Shown here: piece by piece, positions 18,072-26,800 of the stretch
Layout: each line of letters begins with the position of its first letter
Numbering within the stretch: the stretch's first letter is position 1
IMG/VR virus record: IMGVR_UViG_3300027822_000024
Span: 1-41,968 of that record
DNA: 41,968 nucleotides
Reading direction: 5' to 3' (one strand)
Source of the DNA: a virus
Taxonomy: Duplodnaviria > Caudoviricetes
Made by a program: the position numbers and the translations under genes
The notes under the pieces: generated by a model
The model's database searches: none
What the model was told of the DNA's origin: nothing
What the model saw: the letters and a program-made list of their open reading frames with translations, nothing else

Positions 18072-18556
18072 GCGATTATACAACACCGAACAGTGTGCGA
18101 GTGCTTTTGGGGGTTACTGAAAACGAACTCCCAGATATTGTATTAAACGATCAGTTTTATACTTTGTCATTAAAAGCAGATCTATATCGTGTTTGTGTTA
18201 CGATAGCAGATGACTATGCTACTGCGGATGCCCTTGTTGATACAGATGCTGAAGCAGCACGTTTTGCGGATGCTGTGAGTCTTTTTTCTACTTACGCAGT
18301 AGCTAAAATATGTCTTGCAGCGCTTCCGCAGTTCGCGGTTCGGTCTTCTTCAGAAGGAAAGGCAACATTTCTCAGGCATACATCAACATCATTTGATAAC
18401 GCTATTCCGCGGTTTGAGATGGAATATAATCGTGCAAGGGTTGCTTTATTAGATGCATATGCTGATTATTTACCAGACGCAGTAACGGCGGTACTAGCTA
18501 CAAGAGATGTGTTGCAGGTGTCATCGCCATCTTTTGATCCCATAACAGGAGCTTAA
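18065..18556 (+). CDS. Putative head-tail adaptor
   Basis: YTTPNSVRVLLG start and position are typical of adaptors. Confidence 0.6.
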   Translation: MLGDYTTPNSVRVLLGVTENELPDIVLNDQFYTLSLKADLYRVCVTIADDYATADALVDTDAEAARFADAVSLFSTYAVAKICLAALPQFAVRSSSEGKATFLRHTSTSFDNAIPRFEMEYNRARVALLDAYADYLPDAVTAVLATRDVLQVSSPSFDPITGA

Positions 18557-18563
18557 GTTTTCA

Positions 18564-19427
18564 ATGGTAGAGATAGCAACTATTGTTTCATCGTATAAAA
18601 AGTTACCGGTTTATGACGGTTATACAGGTGAGTTACTCTTTTTGGGGCAGACAAATCCTTATGGTGGAGGTGTCCGCGATAGTGTGGCGAGCTGGAGGCA
18701 AGCTGTTTCAGCGGCAAAAGTTATTCTTCCAGATAGAGGTGTTGTAAAGATTGGAGATGAGAGATTTATTGCCGGGCGAATTGCCACGGATTTTTTTCAA
18801 GGGGATTCTGTTAGAGAAAGTGTAGTTGTTCATCCTTGTGGTGATAGTTACAGGGAGTCTTCTGCCGCTAATTTTTTAACGGAGCCAATCCCAGATACAG
18901 TTATCCCTTTTTATGGGGATGCTGTTTGGAGAAAGATCGCTAAAGATGAAATGGAATCCACTTTATTTTTTAATTTGTGTAATGTTTATATGTCACCTAC
19001 TGAGCCTCGCCCAACGAGAGATAATCTAATACTGTCTTCGGCCGGTATTCTTTATAGAATTCAATCTGTTGAGAGTTTAGAGGCTGGTTTTAACGCTGCA
19101 GTTTGTAGTGAATTGGGAGATAGTTCACTCATAACAGTGACATACACTGCGCAAGGGGTATACCAAGCGAGTTCAGATACTTTAATAGATGGAACTCCGG
19201 TGGATTTTCCTGCAATTCTTGAATTAGTACAGACGAATTACAGGTTTAGTAATTTAGACGCTGCAAAGTATAAGGCCAGTGACCGGATAGTTACGATTAG
19301 AAAATCAGACGTTGCTCAGCCGGAACCAGCAGACATATGTGTTGCTGAAGGCACATCTTATCGAGTTATTTCTGCGCAGGATGATGTGGCAGGAACTAGC
19401 TGGGAGCTTCATTTACGGAGAGCGTAG
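18564..19427 (+). CDS. Putative head closure/neck protein
   Basis: Repeated beta-barrel-like endings (YRIQSV, YRVISA...WELHLRR); position. Confidence 0.55.
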   Translation: MVEIATIVSSYKKLPVYDGYTGELLFLGQTNPYGGGVRDSVASWRQAVSAAKVILPDRGVVKIGDERFIAGRIATDFFQGDSVRESVVVHPCGDSYRESSAANFLTEPIPDTVIPFYGDAVWRKIAKDEMESTLFFNLCNVYMSPTEPRPTRDNLILSSAGILYRIQSVESLEAGFNAAVCSELGDSSLITVTYTAQGVYQASSDTLIDGTPVDFPAILELVQTNYRFSNLDAAKYKASDRIVTIRKSDVAQPEPADICVAEGTSYRVISAQDDVAGTSWELHLRRA

Positions 19428-19433
19428 TAAAGC

Positions 19434-20036
19434 ATGACTTTTTATGTTTCAGCTGCTGAAAGACTTAGGTTTAAAAGCGCAGTTAAGAAAGCAAAAGCTG
19501 AACTTCGGAAAGAAGTTACAGATGTTTTTAAGGGTTATGTAACTGTAGCTTTTAATATGTTGGTTGATGAAACGCCGCAGTGGACTGGGAATGCAGCAGC
19601 TCAGTGGAATATTGGGGTAAATAGGTTGGATATGTCAACGAGTTCTTTATTTGTTGAGGATAAGTCTGAAATTTCAGACCTATTTAGCAGTGATAAGCGA
19701 GTTTCTGAGGCTGGGTTTTCAAAAGATCCGAAGTATAAAGCTCATCCGACGGCAGTTAATGAAGCCAAAGATCGTAACAGCGAAAAGGTTTCACAGATTG
19801 CTCTTGATAAAGTTATTTTTTTAAGCAATAATGCCGAAGATGTGCTTGAGGGTGCTTATGCTGATAAACTTGAGGAAAATACCAATAATTATTTGAGGCG
19901 AGTTAATAGACCTGGTCATATGGTAATGCGGACGATTAGTTGGTTTAATTCAAGGATGGCAATGTTAAACGAAACGCAGCAACGGCAACTTGCTATGGCT
20001 AAATTATCGGATTCTGGAGTTATGGAGATGCTGTAA
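19434..20036 (+). CDS. Putative tail completion protein (HK97 gp10-like)
   Basis: TPQWTGNAAAQW motif and SNN...YA..LE. Confidence 0.65.
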   Translation: MTFYVSAAERLRFKSAVKKAKAELRKEVTDVFKGYVTVAFNMLVDETPQWTGNAAAQWNIGVNRLDMSTSSLFVEDKSEISDLFSSDKRVSEAGFSKDPKYKAHPTAVNEAKDRNSEKVSQIALDKVIFLSNNAEDVLEGAYADKLEENTNNYLRRVNRPGHMVMRTISWFNSRMAMLNETQQRQLAMAKLSDSGVMEML

Positions 20037-20453
20037 ATGACGACATCAGATTCAGTAAGAGTGGCTTTAAGCAGACGAATACGGACAATATGGAATGCTC
20101 AAGCAGGTGACGCTGTTTTGTTTAGGGACGGTGTTAAAGAGCCGGATTTATTACAACAGGTAGCTCCTTTTGCTTTGTTTTCTGTTGGCTTACCTGATTT
20201 TAGGCAAGGGGATATAAACGGCGCAAACCCTTTGCAGCGTGGGTTTGGGGAGATCCATACTGATTTATATGCCAGAAGAGGGAAGGGAACTAAGCCTTTA
20301 TTCGATATGCTTGATGTTGTGCGTGCTGCATTTGCTATTCAAATGGTTGATGATATCCGGTTATACGGAATTACATGTAAAGAACAGGAACCAGCAGTAG
20401 GGTGGCAATCGTGGTTTACCACAGTGCCTTTTCAGTTTGATTCTATTACTTAG
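20037..20453 (+). CDS. Putative tail terminator
   Basis: 138 aa directly before the tail tube; GW...VPFQFD end. Confidence 0.65.
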   Translation: MTTSDSVRVALSRRIRTIWNAQAGDAVLFRDGVKEPDLLQQVAPFALFSVGLPDFRQGDINGANPLQRGFGEIHTDLYARRGKGTKPLFDMLDVVRAAFAIQMVDDIRLYGITCKEQEPAVGWQSWFTTVPFQFDSIT

Positions 20454-20473
20454 TTGTATAGGGGGGAAGCGTT

Positions 20474-21652
20474 ATGTTAGCAGGCACAAGTTCAACTCAG
20501 TTGTCGTACCTTGAAGAAGTGAGTTATGGTGTTATTGACCAGATAGGTACACCTAAAAATTTAAGAATGACAGGGGAATCTCTTGTTTATGATATTACGA
20601 TGGAGGAATCCAAAGAGATTAATGACACTATGCAGGTCTCAGATTTGGTTCCTGTTGACGCGACTGCGCAGGGAGGAGTAAATCTTGAGTTCCAATACAG
20701 AGAATATGATCCGTTTTTTGAAGCTCTGCTTGCCAGCGTTTATACAGAAGCAGGTACTGATGGTGTTGTGGACCTGACAACGGTGACGTTTGCAGCGGCG
20801 GGGAATACCGCAACAGGTACAGCGGGTGATTTTGATGATTTTGTTGATGGTCAGTGGGTTTCTTTTATTGGTGATGGAGCAGAGTTAAATTTGGGAGTTT
20901 TTAGAATTGTCACTGCCACTACAGATGTTCTTACCTTTGATTCCGATTATCCGGTTGTTGATGAAACTGATACAACTTATAGTATAACCGGTTCCCGATT
21001 AACTCTGGGATCTGAGGCATTAAAGACATTTACTGTTCAGAAAAATTTTTCTGATGTTACACAATTCTTTGCTTATAGGGGAATGGCGGCTTCGAAGATG
21101 TCATTGGCGTTAGCCACGGGCGCGATTTTAACAGGTAGTCTTGATTTTATGGGATCGGATGCTCTAAGAGACGGTGCTACTCATTTTGGGTCTGAGGCAG
21201 ATGCTGCGAATACTTATGGTGTTATGAACGCTGTAACAGGTATTGGCAATATATTGATTGATGGAGATCCTCTTGCAAACACGTTTGTAAAATCTGCGAA
21301 TGTAACGATTGATGCAAAATTAAGAGCACAGAAAGGATTAGGTGTTTTAGGAAATGTAGGAATTGGTAGAAGTACCTATGCAGTAGGTGGATCGCTGGAG
21401 ATTTATTTGAATGACGGCGCTATTTACGATAAAGCATTGGAGAACACATCAGTATCAATTGAATTTCCAGTTCAAGATGTTCTTGGTAATGGATATGCTT
21501 TTGTATTCAATAATTGTAAACTTGGTGTACCTACGGTACAAGCTTCTGGGAAAGATGCAGATGTTATGTTAGCTACAGATTTTACTGCTATCGCTCCTGG
21601 AGCTACAGATAAGGTTGTTTATATTGACCGGTTTGGTACTGCTCCTGTTTAA
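20474..21652 (+). CDS. Tail tube (major tail) protein
   Basis: LSYLEEVSYG...LRMTGESL...SKEI start, FTVQKNFSD; inserted beta domain; followed by a frameshifted chaperone. Confidence 0.8.
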   Translation: MLAGTSSTQLSYLEEVSYGVIDQIGTPKNLRMTGESLVYDITMEESKEINDTMQVSDLVPVDATAQGGVNLEFQYREYDPFFEALLASVYTEAGTDGVVDLTTVTFAAAGNTATGTAGDFDDFVDGQWVSFIGDGAELNLGVFRIVTATTDVLTFDSDYPVVDETDTTYSITGSRLTLGSEALKTFTVQKNFSDVTQFFAYRGMAASKMSLALATGAILTGSLDFMGSDALRDGATHFGSEADAANTYGVMNAVTGIGNILIDGDPLANTFVKSANVTIDAKLRAQKGLGVLGNVGIGRSTYAVGGSLEIYLNDGAIYDKALENTSVSIEFPVQDVLGNGYAFVFNNCKLGVPTVQASGKDADVMLATDFTAIAPGATDKVVYIDRFGTAPV

Positions 21653-21697
21653 TAGTTTAACAGTTTAATAATTAAAAAAGATCGGATTTTGTTTATT

Positions 21698-22099
21698 ATG
21701 TTAGATATATTTAATGAGTTTGCTACAGATGAAAAAAAAGAAAACGAGGGTGTTAATATTAACCTTGGTGGTGGTGCGAGTGTTTTAATTGCTCGCAGAG
21801 ATAATGACAATTATCTTAAGCAAGTTCAAAAAGAAGCTGATGCGTTTGCTATAAGTTCCCAGGGTTTGTCAGCAGAAGCTTATGAAAAAGCAGATAAAGA
21901 GGTTTTAACCAAAATCTTGGCTAAAACAATTCTTATCGGGTGGAAAAACTTGTCCTATAAAGGAAAGCTACTGCCATATAATAATAAAAACGCTATCATG
22001 CTTCTAAGTCACAAGGATTTCCGTAGGTTGATTATGAAGCATGCTTCTGATATGGCTAATTATAAGGCCGAGTTGGAGGATCAGGACGAAAAAAACTGA
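21698..22099 (+). CDS. Tail assembly chaperone (gpG-like)
   Basis: MLDIFNEFATDEKKENEGV..., ILIGWKN, ends EKN* on a slippery site. Confidence 0.85.
   Translation: MLDIFNEFATDEKKENEGVNINLGGGASVLIARRDNDNYLKQVQKEADAFAISSQGLSAEAYEKADKEVLTKILAKTILIGWKNLSYKGKLLPYNNKNAIMLLSHKDFRRLIMKHASDMANYKAELEDQDEKN
22090..22096 (+). other. -1 ribosomal frameshift heptamer A AAA AAC
   Basis: X XXY YYZ pattern just before TGA 22097-22099; the -1 frame stays open to 22437. Confidence 0.85.
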
Positions 22100-22437
22100 C
22101 AGAGGCCCTGTCTTATGATCTGTCATGGGGAGAGTCAGCTTCCTTTTTTTCTGAGTTAAAGAAAAAAGGGAAGAAACTCGGCCCTTCAGCTGAGAAAGGT
22201 CGTCCCGTTATTCCTCCAAGATTGGCAATGTATTGGTCTGCTTTTTCCGTATTGCATAAGCGCCGGCAGTTCGCATATACAGGGCCACAACCTCTGAGTA
22301 TTCCACAAATTGAGTCATACACAAAATTAGGTTTTATTTACGGTCCACGCTACTTTTCAAGATTGCTCAGGTTTGTGGCTGCAATGGATGACGTTTATTT
22401 AACTGACTTTTTTAAAAAACAAAAAGCGAAAAAATAG
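22096..22437 (+). CDS. Frameshift extension of tail chaperone (gpT-like)
   Basis: LTEALSYDLSWGES...MYWSAFSVLHKRRQF...PQPLSIPQIESY...MDDVYL. Confidence 0.8.
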   Translation: MTEALSYDLSWGESASFFSELKKKGKKLGPSAEKGRPVIPPRLAMYWSAFSVLHKRRQFAYTGPQPLSIPQIESYTKLGFIYGPRYFSRLLRFVAAMDDVYLTDFFKKQKAKK

Positions 22438-23845
22438 GGAATCTATTATTAATTTTTAGTAATCTTATTGACAAAAGGGTAGGAGATGCGTCTTCAGAAA
22501 TTAGTTTCAAAAGGAAAAGGCTGCGTTCCATTCTGGAATCCGCAATTAACAGAGATAAGCTCAGGATTGTGGTTACCTACAGAGACAGACTCGATCTCAT
22601 CAGATGGATTATTGAAAGAAACGACAGAAAACTCATGGTTCTCAAGTAAATTGATTTATCCCCAAAGCAAGAACTTGTACAAGATTTGCTTACAACCTTC
22701 TATATTTTCTCATGCAGAATGCACGGACTTAGATATTATAAAAACAAAATTGCTAAGGCTTTCGCCTACAAAAGAACAGAAAAAGATATTCAAAGAATGG
22801 ACTGATTGCAGCCGGTATGTATTTAATCAAGCCATTTCTTATATTAGGACTTGTCAAAATTTTAATCCTTCATGGATGGGTGTAAGAAAGGATCTGTTAA
22901 AACAACTTCCTGTTTGGTGCAAACCTGTACCTTTTGCAGTTAAAGGTATGGCCGTTAAGGAAGCATACGAAGCTTTTTGGAAAGCTAAAGGTAAGTCTAA
23001 GTTTAGAACAAGAAAGGCTTCTGAGCAAAGTTGTTATATCGTCAAAACAGCAATTAAGCCCAAAGGTATTTATCCAACAATATCAGGTAAAGGTTTGTAT
23101 TTTCAAGAAAAATTACCTGATGATCCAAAAGATTCTCGTTTAATTTGGCGTTACGAAAAGTGGTGGCTGGCCGTTCCTTATAAAGTAAAACTATCCTATA
23201 GCGAAAACCAAGCTGAAATAGTTTCTCTTGACCCAGGGGTACGGTCATTCATTACTTTTTATTCGCATAAAGCCAGCGGGCATCTCGGTAAGAACGATTT
23301 TAGCCGGATTCAGCGTTTGTGTTTTCATTTAGATAAGCTTATCTCAAAAAGAGATTTAATGAAAAATAAGCAGAAGCGTAGGGCATTTACAAAAGCTTCT
23401 CGGAGAATGCGAGCAAAAATCAAACATTTAATATTGGAGCTTCACCACAAGACAGCTAAGTTTTTGACTGATAATTTTGATGTGATTTTGTTGCCGACTT
23501 TTGAAACAAAACAGATGGTAAAAAAAGCAGGTCGTAAACTTTATAAAAAGTCAGTTCGTTCAATGCTTACTTTTTCACACTTTAAATTTAAACAGTTTTT
23601 GAAGTGGAAAGCATTTCAAACTGGAAAAACAGTTGTCGATTGTAATGAAGCATATACGAGCAAAACTCATCCACAGACTGGTAAGATTAAAAATATTGGT
23701 TCTGCAAAATGGATTAAATTGCTTGATGGATCAAGAGTCGATAGAGATATCGTAGGTGCTCGCAATATATTTTTGCGAGCTTTGGCAGATTCGCCCACAA
23801 CTTTTTGTTGTGCAATTAACGGAGGTTAAAAAAAATGGGATCTGG
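22438..23845 (+). mobile_element. tnpA-less IS607-type element (approximate ends)
   Basis: tnpB interrupts the normally adjacent chaperone/tape measure pair; short AT-rich left flank after GG; hairpins at right end; no transposase in the window. Confidence 0.6.
22486..23829 (+). CDS. tnpB: RNA-guided endonuclease TnpB, IS607/Fanzor-like rearranged RuvC
   Basis: RLSPTKEQ...SRYVFN; RuvC-I SLDPG; LLPTF at the usual RuvC-II Glu position; NEAYTSK; RuvC-III DRDIVGARNI; N-terminal PFWN...LWLP...SWFS extension. Confidence 0.93.
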   Translation: MRLQKLVSKGKGCVPFWNPQLTEISSGLWLPTETDSISSDGLLKETTENSWFSSKLIYPQSKNLYKICLQPSIFSHAECTDLDIIKTKLLRLSPTKEQKKIFKEWTDCSRYVFNQAISYIRTCQNFNPSWMGVRKDLLKQLPVWCKPVPFAVKGMAVKEAYEAFWKAKGKSKFRTRKASEQSCYIVKTAIKPKGIYPTISGKGLYFQEKLPDDPKDSRLIWRYEKWWLAVPYKVKLSYSENQAEIVSLDPGVRSFITFYSHKASGHLGKNDFSRIQRLCFHLDKLISKRDLMKNKQKRRAFTKASRRMRAKIKHLILELHHKTAKFLTDNFDVILLPTFETKQMVKKAGRKLYKKSVRSMLTFSHFKFKQFLKWKAFQTGKTVVDCNEAYTSKTHPQTGKIKNIGSAKWIKLLDGSRVDRDIVGARNIFLRALADSPTTFCCAINGG

Positions 23846-26800
23846 GTTACTCCTGACAATAAAAGCTGAGGATGGAGATCTTCAAAAGATTGAAACCCTC
23901 CTTGATCGTATTGAAACAGTACTTACTAAACCAGTAAAAGCTGATCTGTCTAAGTTAACCGCCCAGGTAGCTGCTTTAGACAAAGAATCCAAAGAAGCAA
24001 GTCTATCCGCCGCGAGTATGCAGGCGAACTTTAATAGTCTTTCTGCAAAAAGTCTCAAAACTTCACAAGATGTCGCTAAACTTACAGGCAACTTGTCAAA
24101 GAACGAAGCTGTCATTAACGTATTAACTGCCAGTTTCTCTGCGTATGTTGAGGCGCTATCAAAGAGTAGCGCTCATGCTGAGAAAGTAAACGCTGCGCAT
24201 GCAAAACAAAGGACTGCAGCACAGGAATTGCTGGGTGCAATGGAGGCGCTTTCTGTAGTCGAAAGACAGCAACTTGTTACTGATCAGGCTTTAGTTGGAG
24301 TTACAAATCTTTTAAATAAAGAGATGGCGGTTCAAGTTGAGCTTGCTACTATAGAGGCGGCTTCAAAGAGTGCGCTTATCGCCTCGATGAAAGCTGAAAC
24401 CGTTGTAGCAGCTAAACTCCTTCTTGAAAAGGGGCTGATTAGCGAAGCTCGTTTTGCCAGTATTACTGGAATCCAAAAAGAAATCCCTTCGGTAGATGTC
24501 TTGGCTGCAAGCTATACTAAACTTGCTATAGCCGAACAAGAGAGTACTGTTTCTTTACGTTCTAATATGGCTGCACAATTAGGAGCAACCAGAATCGAGA
24601 AAAGGACTAAGTTAACTCCTGCGAGTCTTGATTCTGTTACAAATTTGCGGGCGGAAGCAGCGGCGTTAGAAACACGTAACAGTGCGCTTGCTGAAGGAGT
24701 ACGACTCAGAGCGTTAAAGATTAGCGGCTCTGATAAGGAGCTTGCGGCTATACACAAAAACAATCAGGCGTTGGCCACGCAAGCGAGACGGTTAGGGCTT
24801 ATAACAAAAGAAGAATACAAAGCAGCAATGGCTCAGAAGACGTTTACTACAACAACGAAACAGGCTGCGTTTTCTGCGAACAAACTTACCAGTGCTCTTA
24901 GAGGTGTTTCCGGAGGGCTGGGGGCCTTGTGGTTAACTTATGGCTCGATGTTGCCGATGTTGGCTACTTTTGCCACGGTTACCGCTGCGATAAAAGGATT
25001 AAAGTCTGCATCTTCCTTTGAATATCAACTTAAATATATGGTTTCTTTGGGTAAAGCAACCAAAGATACTACTGCAACTTACGAAAACTTATACGATGGT
25101 ATCTTAGCAATAAGCGGGGTATCCCAAGGTCCAACTGAGCTGGCTGATAGTGTTAAAGTTTTGATGAAAGCCGGATTTGATGCAGCAACTGCATTAGATG
25201 AAGTTAAGGTGATAGCACAATTAGCGACGGTTGCTGAAGAGGGTTTGGATGAAGTTACTTCTGCACTTATGTCTCAGTATAGAGCCTGGTCCGTCGAAAT
25301 GGTGGGTCCGGAGCGAGGTTTACGTTCGCTGGCAGACGCAGCGAATATCATTGGTTATGCTTCTTTGGATGCGACACTTGATATTAAGGAGATGTTGGGT
25401 CAGTTTAAGTATACATCTGAGCTTGCTAAATTATCAGGAGCTTCGTTTGTTGAGCTTGCTGCCAGTCTTGGTATTTTGAGTGATGTGGGTATTACGAATA
25501 CTAAAGCGGCAACATCTCTTAGAACTGCTATAAAACAGTTACAGAATCCAACGAAACAAACCAGAAAACTTTTTAAAGATATGAAGATAGATTTCGATTT
25601 GGCTGCTAAAGATGGTAGTTTGCTTACCTTAACGGAATTGTTTTCTAATTTTTCAGATACAATAAAAGATCTTCCCTCAGCAGACAGGATGAAGGTTTTA
25701 AATCAGGTATTTTCTCTTCGCGCGGCTTCAGCAGGTTCTATGCTTACAGCTGTTAGTATAGACGATCTGAAAAGAATTGATGAGCAGATGCAGTTGGGTA
25801 ATTTTTCTTTGGCCAAACGAGTTGAGCGGCTTAAGGAGGTTCAAAAAGAAGGTTCGTTTGTAGCGGATATGTATCGGGATCTTGCTAAAACTAATACGGT
25901 TCTTTGGGAAGAAACCAAAGCTGCTTGGGAAAAAGCGGCTATAAAAGGAACTGGTACTGATGATTTAAAAGGTTTGATTGTTTCTCTTAAAGATTTTGCT
26001 GATAGCGGAACAGTTGAAACCTTGTCAAGAGGTGTTTCCGGGCTTTCAGGGTTCTTGATGGGCGTTACAGAGGATTTTGTAGATTTATTGTCAGCTCCTG
26101 CAGTTGTTGCTCAGTCGATAGAGAATATTTATGTCAGTGTAAAAGATGCTATTATTGATGCTGATGAAACTGCGTTGGCTTCTATAAATGCAGCGGAACT
26201 GTATAGAAAGCAGATGGCAGGGACATTAGGAAAAGATCCTGTACAAAAAGAGGGCTGGGGTGAAGGTTGGTTTCGTCCGCCACAAAGTAAGGCGCTTTTA
26301 CAGGAAACTCAGGATGTTCAGAGATTAGAAAAAGCTTATGGGAGTTTGGAAGTTGCTGTAATGGCGGCTCCGCTTGATAAAAAAATAGCCAAAGTTGTTG
26401 AATCGCTAAGTGACTTAGATGAGCAAACATCAGCATTGGCAAAGAATGCAAAGAAATACCCGAATAATCCCAAAATGGTAGAATCTTTTGCGAAAAGTAA
26501 GGCTGCAACTTATTCTTTAACAAAAGAACTTAAAATATTACGTTTAGAAAAAGCAAGAATGTTGAGTGATCCGGAAGCTTGGAAAGCTGAGCAGGAGGCG
26601 GCTGAGGTTGCAATTAAAAAAACAAAAACTGCAATAGCCGAGGTTTATAAAGTAGGTGAGTCAGATAAAATAACTATAGCTAAACTGCGACAGAATGAGC
26701 AGAAAGCACAAGATGCTTTTGAATTGCAAATGTTGGGTGATCAGCAAAGGTCTAAGCAGATAGCAGAAGAAGAGCATAAAGATAAAGTTTATCAGATAAA

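Noticed and set aside
22438-23845. IStron (group I intron) interpretation
   Set aside because: Only 48 nt precede tnpB, leaving no room for a ribozyme core, and the insertion is intergenic.
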